Source of the DNA: Synechococcales cyanobacterium VAR_4_metabat_354
GTDB lineage: Bacteria > Cyanobacteriota > Cyanobacteriia > Cyanobacteriales > Chamaesiphonaceae
NCBI GenBank assembly: GCA_031414775.1
Contig: JANOQI010000016.1
Span: forward strand, 96,001-160,000
Length of the DNA stretch: 64,000 nt
Direction of reading: 5' to 3'
The position numbers were made by a program, and so were the translations under genes. Positions within the stretch are counted from its first letter, which is position 1. The number at the start of each line of letters is the position of its first letter. This document shows, piece by piece, positions 41,715-53,951 of the stretch. The notes below the pieces were generated by a model that did no database searches, was not told the origin of the DNA, and saw only the letters and a program-made list of their open reading frames with translations.

Positions 41715-41933
41715 CTACTGACCAGCCGCAAGTGCCTGGACATCTTTCGTGGTCAGAGGATTGCCACCAATTCCCCAGTCACCACTCTTGACCTCTTCGA
41801 CAACAACCCACGTCACTGGACGCAGGTTCTCGCCTTCGATCGACACCATTGTATCGGTCAGCTTGCGGATCATCTCCTGCTTTTGCGTTGACGTGAAAAC
41901 ACCTTCGATTACTTTTACATTTACTAAGGGCAT
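41715..41933 (-). CDS. 4-oxalocrotonate tautomerase family protein
   Basis: M-P1 catalytic proline (MPLVNVK), WGIGG; start moved to 41933. Confidence 0.9.
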   Translation of the reverse strand: MPLVNVKVIEGVFTSTQKQEMIRKLTDTMVSIEGENLRPVTWVVVEEVKSGDWGIGGNPLTTKDVQALAAGQ

Positions 41934-41966
41934 AGCTTTTCTCCAGCTTGTGATTTTTATTCGTAA

Positions 41967-42032
41967 AGATAAAATACGACCGTTCGTGCTTTTATCTATT
42001 TTGATAATAACGACCGTTCGTGCTATTGTCAA
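41967..42032. promoter_or_regulatory. Two palindromic operators, probably for the adjacent TetR
   Basis: Core ACGACCGTTCGTGCT at 41976 and 42010; outer arms AGATAAAA/TTTTATCT and TTGATAATA/TATTGTCAA. Confidence 0.75.
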
Positions 42033-42035
42033 GTT

Positions 42036-42692
42036 ATGAATTCTTCTTTTTCATCAATCACTAATTCAGAAGGCGACAAGTCCCGTCACTTGAAAGGTCA
42101 GTCTAGTCGCACCACCATTCTGCTGACGGCAGCTCAGCTGGTAACAACGAAAGGACTGGCTGGCTTGTCGATCGGAGAATTGGCTGCTAAGGTCGGAATG
42201 AGCAAGAGTGGTCTCTACGCACATTTCAAATCCAAAGAAGAACTGGAGTTGGCAACAATTGAAATGGCCGCCGTAATTTTTGACGGCGAAGTTCTTCAAC
42301 CAGCCATGAAGGCACCTGCCGGAACTAAGCGGCTCAAGGCACTGGTTAATTCATTTCTTTCCCATCTCGAACGGAGAGTTTTTCCCGGCGGGTGTTTTTT
42401 TTCCGCACTTGCCGCAGAACTCGATACCCGACCCGGTTTGGCACGCGATCGAGTCGTCGAGGTACTCGGCAATTGGCTAGCATTATTGAGGCAGTGTATC
42501 CTAGAAGCGCAAGACCTCCAAGAGATCGATCCCAATGCAGAAGTTGCTCAGGCGGTTTTTGAGATCGAGGCGATGCTCTTGGCAGCTAACTTGCTGTTTG
42601 TCATGATGAATGACCCAATTTATCTAACACAGGGGCGCAGGGGAGTAGAAAATGTGTTAGCGACGCTCGCAATAAGTACGAAGTCGAAGTAG
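42036..42692 (+). CDS. TetR/AcrR family regulator
   Basis: GLSIGELAAKVGMSKSGLYAHFKSKEEL; PGGCFF C-terminal motif. Confidence 0.92.
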   Translation: MNSSFSSITNSEGDKSRHLKGQSSRTTILLTAAQLVTTKGLAGLSIGELAAKVGMSKSGLYAHFKSKEELELATIEMAAVIFDGEVLQPAMKAPAGTKRLKALVNSFLSHLERRVFPGGCFFSALAAELDTRPGLARDRVVEVLGNWLALLRQCILEAQDLQEIDPNAEVAQAVFEIEAMLLAANLLFVMMNDPIYLTQGRRGVENVLATLAISTKSK

Positions 42693-42704
42693 AAACGATC
42701 TCTA

Positions 42705-43881
<1,177 letters not shown>

Positions 43882-43884
43882 AAA

Positions 43885-43913
43885 AAACGATAGAGGCGTA
43901 GCTTACGCCTCTA
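43885..43913 (-). terminator. Hairpin/terminator between prs and the cbiG-like gene
   Basis: TAGAGGCGTA-gct-TACGCCTCTA perfect stem; T-run on minus strand. Confidence 0.65.
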
Positions 43914-43959
43914 AAAATATTGCAAATCTAAAAATATTGTAAAATACCGACTTCAAAAT

Positions 43960-44952
43960 TTAGCGAAACATACTACTCACAGAGCTATCTTCATGTACCC
44001 GCCAAATAGTTTCGCCAATCATATTAGCTACCGACAGCGGCGTGAGCTGGGCAAACATTTTCTGGGGCACAATGGGCAAGGTATTAGTGATAATCACTTC
44101 CTCAAAGATGCCACTGGATAGCCGTTCGATCGCCGGATCGGAAAAGACAGCATGAGTGGCACAGGCATAGACTTGGCGGGCACCTTCCTGGCGTAGAATT
44201 CTGGCTCCTTCGGTAATCGTACCGCCCGTATCAATCATGTCATCTACCAAAATCGCGGTTTTGCCAGATACATCACCTACTACATTCATCACCTCAGCGA
44301 TGTTGTGAGCCTGCCGCCGTTTGTCGATAATCGCGATCGGAGCATCGTTGAGTCTTTTGGCAAAAGCCCGCGCCCGCGCCACACCGCCGACATCTGGTGA
44401 CACCACTACAATATCTTCTAATTTCTTACTGTTGATATAATCGACAATCACTGGTGAACCATAGACATGATCCACCGGAATGTCAAAATATCCCTGAATC
44501 TGAGCCGAGTGTAAGTCCATCGCAATCACTCGATCGGCTCCCGATTTAGTGATTAAATTGGCCACCAGCTTAGCTGTGATCGATTCGCGACCGGCAGTCT
44601 TGCGATCGGCACGGGCATAGCCATAATAAGGTAAAACAGCGGTGATTTGCCGCGCTGAAGCCCGCCGACAGGCATCAATCATTACTAGTAATTCCATCAA
44701 ATGATCGTTCACTGGATTACAAGTCGGCTGAATCAGATAAACATCACAGCCCCGAATTGATTCTTGAATCTGAACATAGATCTCACCATCAGCGAATCTC
44801 TTCCGCGTCATTGGACCTAGATCCATCCCCAGATAACGGGCAATTTCTTGAGAAAGGGGAATATTTGCAGAACCAGAAAAGAGTCGCAAGCGGCTGCTAT
44901 CTATTACTGGAATCACTTTTTGCTGAAGAGGCAAGGTTGCAGACAAGACCAC
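43960..44952 (-). CDS. prs: Ribose-phosphate pyrophosphokinase
   Basis: FADGE, YYGYARADR, VSPDVGG, DDMIDTGGT; start uncertain (GTG 44952; ORF open to 45033). Confidence 0.95.
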   Translation of the reverse strand: MVLSATLPLQQKVIPVIDSSRLRLFSGSANIPLSQEIARYLGMDLGPMTRKRFADGEIYVQIQESIRGCDVYLIQPTCNPVNDHLMELLVMIDACRRASARQITAVLPYYGYARADRKTAGRESITAKLVANLITKSGADRVIAMDLHSAQIQGYFDIPVDHVYGSPVIVDYINSKKLEDIVVVSPDVGGVARARAFAKRLNDAPIAIIDKRRQAHNIAEVMNVVGDVSGKTAILVDDMIDTGGTITEGARILRQEGARQVYACATHAVFSDPAIERLSSGIFEEVIITNTLPIVPQKMFAQLTPLSVANMIGETIWRVHEDSSVSSMFR

Positions 44953-45110
44953 AGCAGATCCTTTAATAAAATCAGTATTTGCACCCGCAATTCTAGCACC
45001 GATGATTCCCAAATGGTATAAATACTTGAGCAATTTTCACGATTTTGGCAGAATAGTGATTATTTTGACAGCAAAACTAATTGTTATTCGGTATCGAGCA
45101 AGATTGCTCA

Positions 45111-45980
45111 CTACTGCACTAATTGCTCCCAACTCCATACCGTGTTCTCTAGTAACATGGTCACGGTCATGGCGCCCACGCCCCCCGGTACTGGGGTGAG
45201 ATAACTGGCTATGGGTAGCACTGCTGCAAAATCCACATCACCAACTAATTTTGATTTACCATCAGCTTGCTCGATGCGGTTGATCCCAACATCAATGACC
45301 ACCGCTCCGGGCTTCACCATATCAGCGGTGATCATCTGAGACCTTCCCACTGCGGCCACCAAAATATCGGCCTGTTTGCAAACGGCGGCTAAATCAGGAG
45401 TACGAGAATGGGCAATTGTGACGGTTGCATTGGCGGCCAGCAACATTAAGGCCAAGGGCTTGCCCACTAAAATACTCCGACCCACCACGACAGCACTACG
45501 ACCAGCGATCGGAATATCATATTCGGCCAGCAGTCGCATCACGCCGAAAGGAGTACAGCTGCGGAGACCAGCTTCATCGCGGACTAAATGCCCGAGGTTC
45601 AAAGGATGTAGACCATCAGCATCTTTGTGGGGAGCAATTTCGTGCAGCAAAGCCACGGAATCTAAATGACTAGGTAAAGGCAACTGCACCAAAATGCCAT
45701 CTACTCGCTCATCAGCATTTAGTTCATGGATCACGGCGGTTAGTTCGGCCTGGGTGGCATTGGCCGCGAAATGTTTCCCGAACGAAGTGATCCCAATCTT
45801 GGTACAGGCTGTTTCTTTGCCTTTGACATAGGCGGCACTGGCCGGATTATCGCCCACCATCAACACCGCTAAGCCTGGCGGACGACCAATTTTAGTTTGC
45901 CGTTGGGCAATACGAATAGCTAAAGCTGCCTGCATTTTTTGGGCGAGGGCTTTGCCATCTAAAATTTGGGCTGGGGACAT
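45111..45980 (-). CDS. folD: Methylenetetrahydrofolate dehydrogenase/cyclohydrolase
   Basis: [35 protein letters not shown]. Confidence 0.96.
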   Translation of the reverse strand: MSPAQILDGKALAQKMQAALAIRIAQRQTKIGRPPGLAVLMVGDNPASAAYVKGKETACTKIGITSFGKHFAANATQAELTAVIHELNADERVDGILVQLPLPSHLDSVALLHEIAPHKDADGLHPLNLGHLVRDEAGLRSCTPFGVMRLLAEYDIPIAGRSAVVVGRSILVGKPLALMLLAANATVTIAHSRTPDLAAVCKQADILVAAVGRSQMITADMVKPGAVVIDVGINRIEQADGKSKLVGDVDFAAVLPIASYLTPVPGGVGAMTVTMLLENTVWSWEQLVQ

Positions 45981-46026
45981 TTTTAGGCTCCGCTGGAAAA
46001 ACTTAAATCATCATCACTTTAAATCA

Positions 46027-47313
46027 TTACTGTCCCTGGCGTTGCCAACTGCTAATCGGTTGCAACTGTAAGCCTAGTTGTTGCTCTGGTTGTCCGGAAG
46101 CTGTTGGCCAGTTGCCCAGCTGTTTGATCGGCAGTTGGCTATTGTAAGTAACGGTATCCCACTGCTGAAGCAACAAACTACCAGTGATCCCCGTTCCCAT
46201 TTTGGGTGCCGCCCAACTACTGCCAAGCGCTAACGGGGCATGGATCAAAGCCATGATGCTAGCGCTATCTTTAATGGAGAATTTGAGCGTTTGATCGCTC
46301 CCATAGATCCGCAATTTTTCGGGGTGGGGTTGAGTCTCGCCCGTCACTTGAACAATAACCTGACCACCACCTAGATCAATATTTCCTCGGGTGTAGAGAT
46401 TGACTGACTGGTTAGCTGCCACCTGCACTGTAATTTTTTGATCATCGGGTAGTTGGATCGAATTATTGAGGGTGTCAGCTTCCACTACATAGTCAAAGTT
46501 GCCCTGGGCATCAGGAAAGTCGGCGCGGCGCGGCAGAGTGATGTTACTTTTGATTACTGGCACCGAGATGGCACTTGCTGGAGCCAGCTGGGGCAACGGC
46601 CAAAACGTATCCACTGCGGCGGTGATGGTACCATTCGCCACATTAGTGCTGACAATTCCCGGTACTCGATCGACATCAGCTAAATCTGGACAAGTATGGG
46701 CGCGAACATCGCCGGTGACTTTAGTCGTGCTGCTCATATTAAAGCTTTTTGCCCACAGGGCGGGCGGTGGTGTAGGCGAGCTAGCGGTGGCAATCGGAAT
46801 TTCCACGGCCAACTGACTCACAGCTGGTCGCAGACCACCAGTCACCTGTCCTTCGATAGTCAGCGTCGCTAGCCCGACTTGTCCATTACTGCCCAGTTGC
46901 GATCGATAGTTGTAGCTAAGCATTCGATATTGGTGGTTAGCCTGACCAGCATTCAACCATTGTCCTTGAGCATAACCCTGACCTTCTACCCAGGCATTAT
47001 GGAGAGAGAGATTTGGACAGGAGCCAATTTCGTTGTTTAAATTAGCAACCAGGGTCGCCCACTGGGTAGAGTTTTGAGTAGCAAAAAGGCGATTTTGAGT
47101 CAAAAAAGACTGTAACCGGATGATGCCAATCTCGGCAGCATTCATTGCGCCTTCACTTCTAACTTGCATCCCGGCGATTGCCTGGTCACTTTGCACCCGA
47201 TTGATCAGAGCAGCAGTAATCAAAACCATCACCATGCCGATGCCCATAACCGTGGGGATCGTAAATCCTTGCTCCTGGCGATAAGATCGATCAAACCTGT
47301 CAAATCTGTTCAT
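46027..47313 (-). CDS. PilX/GspK-like minor pilin with large C-terminal domain
   Basis: Class III signal G|FTIP without Glu5; AAEIG motif; ATGA overlap with upstream gene. Confidence 0.75.
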   Translation of the reverse strand: MNRFDRFDRSYRQEQGFTIPTVMGIGMVMVLITAALINRVQSDQAIAGMQVRSEGAMNAAEIGIIRLQSFLTQNRLFATQNSTQWATLVANLNNEIGSCPNLSLHNAWVEGQGYAQGQWLNAGQANHQYRMLSYNYRSQLGSNGQVGLATLTIEGQVTGGLRPAVSQLAVEIPIATASSPTPPPALWAKSFNMSSTTKVTGDVRAHTCPDLADVDRVPGIVSTNVANGTITAAVDTFWPLPQLAPASAISVPVIKSNITLPRRADFPDAQGNFDYVVEADTLNNSIQLPDDQKITVQVAANQSVNLYTRGNIDLGGGQVIVQVTGETQPHPEKLRIYGSDQTLKFSIKDSASIMALIHAPLALGSSWAAPKMGTGITGSLLLQQWDTVTYNSQLPIKQLGNWPTASGQPEQQLGLQLQPISSWQRQGQ

Positions 47314-47801
47314 GGAATACTGGCACACAGCCGCTGAGCTTGGTCGTAAGTGCCTTGGCGCAGAATGCCGATCGGTGCTGATACCACCACACATTTGGGG
47401 GGTGCTGAACTATTGAGCAGGTTCAAGAAAATAGTACGATTATCGGTGGTATTGCCTTTAGCCCCGTAAGAAATCGAACTACTGCCACTGTGAGCTAAGG
47501 TAATGCCGGTGGGTAATGATCGATCGCCTGTCACCAGGCAGTGATTGCTACCGTTAGCCAAAATCTTGGCCTGCCCCGCATCAAAAGTTACGATACAACT
47601 GTGATTGCGTTCGATCGCCCGTTGTTGAGCTTCTTGCAGAGCTGCAAACACCATATTGACCGCATTATTGAGCTGTTGCCGCTGATACATGGCCAACACA
47701 TTAGGAATGCCGATCGCCGCGATGGTTCCAATAATAGCAAGCACAATCAATATTTCTAATAAAGTAAAACCACTGTGGCTAGGCGCATTGGAAAACAGCA
47801 T
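47310..47801 (-). CDS. FimT/GspH-like prepilin
   Basis: G|FTLLEILIV; two Cys pairs. Confidence 0.85.
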   Translation of the reverse strand: MLFSNAPSHSGFTLLEILIVLAIIGTIAAIGIPNVLAMYQRQQLNNAVNMVFAALQEAQQRAIERNHSCIVTFDAGQAKILANGSNHCLVTGDRSLPTGITLAHSGSSSISYGAKGNTTDNRTIFLNLLNSSAPPKCVVVSAPIGILRQGTYDQAQRLCASIP

Positions 47802-48285
47802 CTGCCATAACCTCGCTATAGAAACTAGCCACCGGGATTGCTCCACTCATGCGGGGACGAACTTGATATTGAATGCCTAAGATATGGTAAGGACTATTAG
47901 CAATCGAGAGGGTGCGCAACAGCTCAAATTCTTGACCGCTGGCATTGCGTTTGATTTGAACCGGCAAGTTGTAGGGGGCTGTACCAGTCACATTTGTTTG
48001 GGCAATGTGATCGCGCAAGGCATCAGCAAACCCTCTATCGGTAGTGGGCGATTGGCAGCGAGTTCGATCAAACGCCAACTGGGAAATATTAGCTTGCCAA
48101 CGCAACTCCGCTAAATCACTGTAAATCCATTTCAACGCTTCTGTTTGACGAAAAGCCTTGGCCTGGAGCAACGTGGCTGTCAAGACCCCTTGCAAAGACA
48201 AGCCCACAAAAGCTGTTGCCACCAAAATAGAGATTAATACTTCCATTAAGGTAAAGCCTTGGATCGATCGCACAGACTGTTGCAT
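47779..48285 (-). CDS. PilV/GspI-like prepilin
   Basis: G|FTLMEVLIS. Confidence 0.82.
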   Translation of the reverse strand: MQQSVRSIQGFTLMEVLISILVATAFVGLSLQGVLTATLLQAKAFRQTEALKWIYSDLAELRWQANISQLAFDRTRCQSPTTDRGFADALRDHIAQTNVTGTAPYNLPVQIKRNASGQEFELLRTLSIANSPYHILGIQYQVRPRMSGAIPVASFYSEVMADAVFQCA

Positions 48286-48369
48286 CACTAAATCACCAAT
48301 AATTAGGCAACATCCCAAAAATACTAAAGCTAGCTAAAGTACCCCCAAACCTGGGGGTAAGGGGCAGTT

Positions 48370-48606
48370 TTAAAACTTATTTAAGTTCAAACCTGCTTCT
48401 TTAGCCATAGCCACTAAGCCTTTACGTTCTAAAGTTTTGATAGCTTTAGTAGAAATTCGTAATTTGACCCAACGGTTGCCTTCAGCCCACCAGATCCTCT
48501 TCCACTGCAAATTGACATTTTGCAATTTCTTGGTGCGGCGATGGGAGTGGGAAACAGACATGGCGTTGTTCGCCCTTTTCCCGGTTAATTGACATACTTG
48601 CGACAT
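48370..48606 (-). CDS. rpmB: 50S ribosomal protein L28
   Basis: [25 protein letters not shown]. Confidence 0.96.
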   Translation of the reverse strand: MSQVCQLTGKRANNAMSVSHSHRRTKKLQNVNLQWKRIWWAEGNRWVKLRISTKAIKTLERKGLVAMAKEAGLNLNKF

Positions 48607-48851
48607 GTAATCCTCAATTCTTACAACTAGGCACAATTTTTAAGTTTAACTAACTCTGGTCAATTATGCTGCTATCTATACTGTAAACCAGCAAAACTAC
48701 ATATGGCAACTATCTATACTAGTAAATTTGCTTGAACTAATCAGTGAGCTAGATTGCTCGTAAGTTGGCCTGAAAAATTCAATTAAATGATTGATCATTA
48801 ACCACCCTTGGCCGATGATGAGATAGTAGGCGTTGAATAACAGAGGTTGCT

Positions 48852-50141
48852 GTGAAACGAGTTTTAAGCATTATTTTAGGTGGTGGTGCAGGAAGCAGGT
48901 TGTATCCACTAACTAAGCTCAGAGCCAAGCCTGCCGTCCCACTTGCTGGTAAATATCGACTAATCGATATCCCGGTCAGCAATTGTATAAATTCCGAAAT
49001 TTTCAAACTCTACGTTCTAACCCAATTCAACTCGGCCTCTTTAAACCGCCATTTGGCAGCTACTTACACTTTCACTAGTTTTACTAATGGGTTCGTAGAA
49101 GTTTTGGCCGCTCAACAAACTCCGGATAACTCCAACTGGTTTCAAGGTACTGCCGATGCGGTAAGACAGTATCTTCAGTTGTTTGAAGATGCTGATGTAG
49201 ACGAATACCTAATTCTCTCTGGCGATCATCTTTATCGGATGGACTATCGGCAATTTGTGGAACGCCATCGGCAGACTAATGCCGACATCACAATTTCGGT
49301 GGTGCCTATGGATGAAAAACGCGCCTCCGATTTTGGGCTGATGAAAATTGACGAACAAGGCCGCATCATAGACTTTAGCGAAAAGCCCCAAGGTGACGCG
49401 CTTAAGGCCATGCAAGTAGATACTACTACCCTCGGACTCAACCCAGAGCAAGCTGCACAGCAACCTTATATTGCCTCAATGGGCATTTATGTTTTTAAGA
49501 AAGAAGTTTTAATTAAACTCCTCAAAGAATCGCTGGAGCAGACGGACTTTGGCAAAGAAATTATTCCCGGTGCTGCCGGTAAATATAATCTCCAAGCCTT
49601 CCTCTTCGATGGTTATTGGGAAGACATTGGGACAATCGAGTCTTTCTATGATGCTAATTTAGCGCTGACTCAGCAGCCAGTGCCTCCATTTAGTTTCTAT
49701 GCTCAAGACGCACCGATTTATACCAGATCTCGCTATTTGCCGCCCACTAAGATGATTGATGCTCACATCACAGATTCGATGATCAGTGAAGGCTGTATTT
49801 TAAAGAACTGCCGGATTCATCACTCGGTCTTGGGAGTACGTTCTCGGGTTGGTGCTAACTGTGTGGTGGAAGATGCCATGATGATGGGCGCTGATTACTA
49901 CGAGCATTTTGAGGATCGGGTGTTTCAGGCCGAAAGAGGCGAAGTATCGCTCGGTATCGGTGCTGGCAGTACTATCCGGCGGGCGATCATTGACAAGAAT
50001 GCCAGAATTGGCACTAATGTGAATATTGTGAATAAAGATAATGTGCAGGAAGCGCAGCGAGAAGACCAGGGATTCTATATTCGTAGTGGTATTGTCGTGG
50101 TGCTGAAAAATGCCATTATTCCCAATGATACAGTGATTTAG
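48852..50141 (+). CDS. glgC: Glucose-1-phosphate adenylyltransferase
   Basis: [41 protein letters not shown]. Confidence 0.97.
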   Translation: MKRVLSIILGGGAGSRLYPLTKLRAKPAVPLAGKYRLIDIPVSNCINSEIFKLYVLTQFNSASLNRHLAATYTFTSFTNGFVEVLAAQQTPDNSNWFQGTADAVRQYLQLFEDADVDEYLILSGDHLYRMDYRQFVERHRQTNADITISVVPMDEKRASDFGLMKIDEQGRIIDFSEKPQGDALKAMQVDTTTLGLNPEQAAQQPYIASMGIYVFKKEVLIKLLKESLEQTDFGKEIIPGAAGKYNLQAFLFDGYWEDIGTIESFYDANLALTQQPVPPFSFYAQDAPIYTRSRYLPPTKMIDAHITDSMISEGCILKNCRIHHSVLGVRSRVGANCVVEDAMMMGADYYEHFEDRVFQAERGEVSLGIGAGSTIRRAIIDKNARIGTNVNIVNKDNVQEAQREDQGFYIRSGIVVVLKNAIIPNDTVI

Positions 50142-50171
50142 ATATCAATTAATTTTAAAATAGAGTAGAAG

Positions 50172-50195
50172 AGGGCAATATAACTGCCCTTTTTT
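50172..50195 (+). terminator. Intrinsic terminator after glgC
   Basis: AGGGCA-atataac-TGCCCT then T-run. Confidence 0.75.
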
Positions 50196-50293
50196 ATTGG
50201 CTTCCCACTGTTGATAATATTTGGCTTAACAGGGAAACCCCGAGAGGAAATCTAGCAGTGTTAGAATACCAAGGCCATTAACTGCCGCCTGCC

Positions 50294-52750
50294 ATGAATT
50301 CAATCGCTAACCATCGCCCAGAACTACTTGCTCCCGCCGGCGATTGGGTTTGCGCTAAAGCTGCTGTCGAAAATGGTGCCGATGCCATTTACTTTGGTTT
50401 GGATCGTTTTAATGCCCGGATGCGGGGGGATAACTTTACCGAAGCTGACTTGCCAGAATTAATGTCTTTTCTGCATCAGCGGGGTGTCAAAGGCTATCTC
50501 ACTCTCAATACTTTAATTTTCCCCTCAGAGCTAGCAACTGTCGAGCAATATCTAAAGACAGCTTTGCGATCGGGCGTCGATGCGGTCATTGTTCAAGATG
50601 TGGGAATCTGTCGGCTAATTCGGCATATTTCCCCCGATTGGCCGATCCATGCCTCTACCCAAATGACTATCACCAGTGCCGCTGGAGTGGAATTCGCAGA
50701 GGAATTGGGTTGTAACTTGGTGGTTTTAGCCAGGGAATGTTCGATCAAAGAAATTACTAAAATCCAAGATCAACTGAGCGCTAAAAATCTGAGTCTACCG
50801 CTGGAAATCTTTGTACATGGGGCGCTCTGTGTTGCTTACTCCGGTCAATGCTTAACTAGTGAATCTCTCGGCGGTCGGTCGGCCAATCGGGGAGAATGCG
50901 CTCAGGCTTGCCGTTTGCCCTATGACTTAATTACTGATGGCAAGTTAGTGGAGTTAGGCGACAGGCAGTATTTGCTCAGCCCTCAAGATTTGGCTGGAAT
51001 TGAACTACTACCGGCGATTGTGCAAGCGGGAGTGAGCTGCCTCAAGATTGAAGGCCGTCTGAAAGCACCAGAATATGTGGCTAGTGTCACCCGGATTTAT
51101 CGCCAAGCGATCGATCAATTAACTACTCCCATCACTGCCGCTGATCGATATGAGCTGGAGATGGCTTTTTCCCGAGGACTAGCTCCTGGCTGGCTGGCCG
51201 GTATTGATAACCAAAAATTGGTGCAAGGTGAATATAGTAGTAAACGCGGTGTGTTAGCTGGTGCTGTGACTCAAGTTCGATCGCGAGAAGTAACCGTAAA
51301 AGTCACCACTACAATTAAACCTGGGGATGGGGTGGTGTTTGGTCTGGGCACTACTCAATCTCATCGCCCCTCGATTGGAGGCAGAATTTATACCGTCACG
51401 CTGCTCACTAAAGATTCGGCAGTACTCACGTTTAATTGGGATGATGTAGATCTAAGCTTGGTGGTAGTTGGCGATCAGCTTTGGAAAACCAGTGACCCAG
51501 AGCTAGAAAAGAAAGTGCGGCTAACCTATGCTGGTGAACAAGTTCGCACAGCTCAACCACTACAGTTCGAAATTTATGGATCGATCGATCAACCGCTGAC
51601 CGTGATTGCCAGAGATCGGCAAGGACATATAGTGCGAGTAGATTCGATGATGCCGCTATCGATCGCCCACAATCGGCCCTTAACCACCGAGAAGCTTAAT
51701 CAGCAACTGGGACGGTTGGGTGGTACTCCCTTTAGCTGGGGAGGATTCACCTGCGATATTCCAGATAATGGGATGCTGCCAGTTAGTGAATTGAATCGGA
51801 TGCGCCGGACTTTGGTGGAGCAGCTCTTGGAGCTACGAACTCAAGAATGTCGCTGGCAGATAGATGAGACTGCCAATGTCCAAAATCTGCTGCCGATCGT
51901 CACAACAGTATCAACACCGGTAAAGCTACGAGTGTTGGTCAGAAGTTTGCCACAACTAGAAGCAGCGGTGGATGCCAACATCGAACAGATTTATTGTGAG
52001 TTTATCGATCCGCGCCATTATCGAGCGGCGGGTCGGATTGCTGATGATCGGGTCGAGATTTTTGCGGTGCCACCGCGTATTACTAAACCCGGAGAACTTT
52101 GGACGCTGGAGCAGTTAGCAACTTGTGAACCGGCTGGTTACTTGATACGTAACTATGATCAGCTGGAGTTCTTTCAAGGTCAGCGTTGTGTTGGCGACTT
52201 TTCGCTGAATGTAGCCAATGCCTTGACGGCAGACTATTTTCAGCGGCGTTATCGACTGGAGCGGTTAACGGCCTCTTATGACCTAAATATTTCGCAGTTG
52301 CTAGATTTTCTAGAAACTTATCCGGCGCAGCAGATCGAGGTAACTATTCATCAGCATATGCCGATGTTCCATATGGAGCATTGTGTATTTTGTGCTTTTC
52401 TCTCGGATGGTACCGACCATACTAATTGTGGTCGTCCTTGTGAAACGAAGCAGGTGGAGTTAAGAGATCGAGTAGGCACTAACCATATTTTGCAAGCAGA
52501 TGTGGGATGTCGGAACACTCTTTATAATGGTAAGGCGCAAACTGGTGCAGAGTATGTGCAACAGCTAATTAATTACGGGGTAAGTCATCTACGGTTGGAG
52601 TTTGTGCAGGAGGATGCGGCGACGGTGACGAAGACGATCGAATATTATCGTCAGTTGATTTCTGGGGAGATGAGTGGTACGCAGCTTTGGCAAAACCTTC
52701 AGCTTTATAACCAACTGGGCGTGACACGCGGTACTCTCACTAAACATTGA
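50294..52750 (+). CDS. U32 peptidase-family protein with DUF3656 (RlhA-like RNA hydroxylase)
   Basis: ELLAPAG, HASTQ, HGALCVAYSGQC, NRGECAQACR, KIEGR. Confidence 0.88.
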   Translation: MNSIANHRPELLAPAGDWVCAKAAVENGADAIYFGLDRFNARMRGDNFTEADLPELMSFLHQRGVKGYLTLNTLIFPSELATVEQYLKTALRSGVDAVIVQDVGICRLIRHISPDWPIHASTQMTITSAAGVEFAEELGCNLVVLARECSIKEITKIQDQLSAKNLSLPLEIFVHGALCVAYSGQCLTSESLGGRSANRGECAQACRLPYDLITDGKLVELGDRQYLLSPQDLAGIELLPAIVQAGVSCLKIEGRLKAPEYVASVTRIYRQAIDQLTTPITAADRYELEMAFSRGLAPGWLAGIDNQKLVQGEYSSKRGVLAGAVTQVRSREVTVKVTTTIKPGDGVVFGLGTTQSHRPSIGGRIYTVTLLTKDSAVLTFNWDDVDLSLVVVGDQLWKTSDPELEKKVRLTYAGEQVRTAQPLQFEIYGSIDQPLTVIARDRQGHIVRVDSMMPLSIAHNRPLTTEKLNQQLGRLGGTPFSWGGFTCDIPDNGMLPVSELNRMRRTLVEQLLELRTQECRWQIDETANVQNLLPIVTTVSTPVKLRVLVRSLPQLEAAVDANIEQIYCEFIDPRHYRAAGRIADDRVEIFAVPPRITKPGELWTLEQLATCEPAGYLIRNYDQLEFFQGQRCVGDFSLNVANALTADYFQRRYRLERLTASYDLNISQLLDFLETYPAQQIEVTIHQHMPMFHMEHCVFCAFLSDGTDHTNCGRPCETKQVELRDRVGTNHILQADVGCRNTLYNGKAQTGAEYVQQLINYGVSHLRLEFVQEDAATVTKTIEYYRQLISGEMSGTQLWQNLQLYNQLGVTRGTLTKH

Positions 52751-52769
52751 AATTTTTCAACTTACAACT

Positions 52770-53951
52770 ATGAAATATCGTCGTTTTGGCCGTACCGAAA
52801 TTCAAATGCCTGTATTTTCCTGTGGAGGAATGCGCTATCAATACAAATGGCAAGATGTAGCAATCGCCGAAGTACCTGCCGCAAATCAGCGCAACCTCGA
52901 AGCTACCATTCGCCGTTCTCTGGAATTGGGCATTAATCATATTGAAACCGCCAGGGGCTACGGTTCCTCTGAAGTGCAGTTAGGCCAGATTTTACCGCAA
53001 CTTGATCGGTCTACTCTCACCTTCCAAACCAAGATTGGGCCTACCGAAGACGCTCAGGAATTTTTGGCCGACTTCAATACATCTTTATCGCTACTGAACC
53101 TAGATTATGTAGATCTGCTGGGGATTCATGGCATTAATAATCAGGAAACCTTCGACCAAACCATGCGCCCTGGTGGTTGTCTAGAAATTGCGAAACAGCT
53201 AAAACAGGCAGGCCGGGTCAAACACATTGGTTTTTCCACCCACGCTCCCATCAATGTCATTTGTCAGACGATCGATACTGACCAATTTGACTATGTGAAT
53301 TTGCATTGGTACTACATCAACCAACTCAACTGGCCTGCGATTGAAGCCGCCACTGCCCACGATATGGGCGTGTTCATTATCAGCCCGACCAATAAAGGCG
53401 GTTTGCTCAACAAACCCTCCACGCGGTTAGTCGAACTCTGTGCGCCCCTCAGCCCGATGGTCTTTAACGATTTGTTTTGTCTCAGTCATCCCCAAGTGCA
53501 TACCCTGAGCGTCGGGGCAGCTATGCCCGGCGATTTTGACGAGCATCTTAAAACATTGGAATTGTTGGACAAAGCCACCGAAATATTGCCACCGCTGATC
53601 GATCGATTAGAACAGGCGGCGATCGAAAAATTGGGGATTGACTGGTTTCAAACTTGGCGGCAGGGTCTACCAGAACATTCCGCCACCCCCGGCAACATCA
53701 ACATCCCAATGATTCTGTGGTTACGCAATCTGGCGATCGCTTACGACATGACTGAGTATGGTCAGATGCGTTACAACTTGCTAGAAAACGGTGGGCATTG
53801 GTTTCCGGGGGCAAAGGCAACATCGATCAATCAATATGATTTTGCGTTTTGTTTAGAGAATAGTCCTCATGCCGACAAGATTCCAGCTTTGTTGATGGAT
53901 ACCGATCGGCTATTAGGTGGAGCAGCCGTGCAACGTTTATCGCAGAGTTAG
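52770..53951 (+). CDS. Aldo/keto reductase family protein
   Basis: MKYRRFGRT, GINHIETARGYG, IGFSTH. Confidence 0.88.
   Translation: MKYRRFGRTEIQMPVFSCGGMRYQYKWQDVAIAEVPAANQRNLEATIRRSLELGINHIETARGYGSSEVQLGQILPQLDRSTLTFQTKIGPTEDAQEFLADFNTSLSLLNLDYVDLLGIHGINNQETFDQTMRPGGCLEIAKQLKQAGRVKHIGFSTHAPINVICQTIDTDQFDYVNLHWYYINQLNWPAIEAATAHDMGVFIISPTNKGGLLNKPSTRLVELCAPLSPMVFNDLFCLSHPQVHTLSVGAAMPGDFDEHLKTLELLDKATEILPPLIDRLEQAAIEKLGIDWFQTWRQGLPEHSATPGNINIPMILWLRNLAIAYDMTEYGQMRYNLLENGGHWFPGAKATSINQYDFAFCLENSPHADKIPALLMDTDRLLGGAAVQRLSQS

Noticed and set aside
43911..43945. CTAAAAATATTG(C/T)AAA tandem duplication
   Set aside because: Two AT-rich copies in a short spacer; probably slippage with no evident function.
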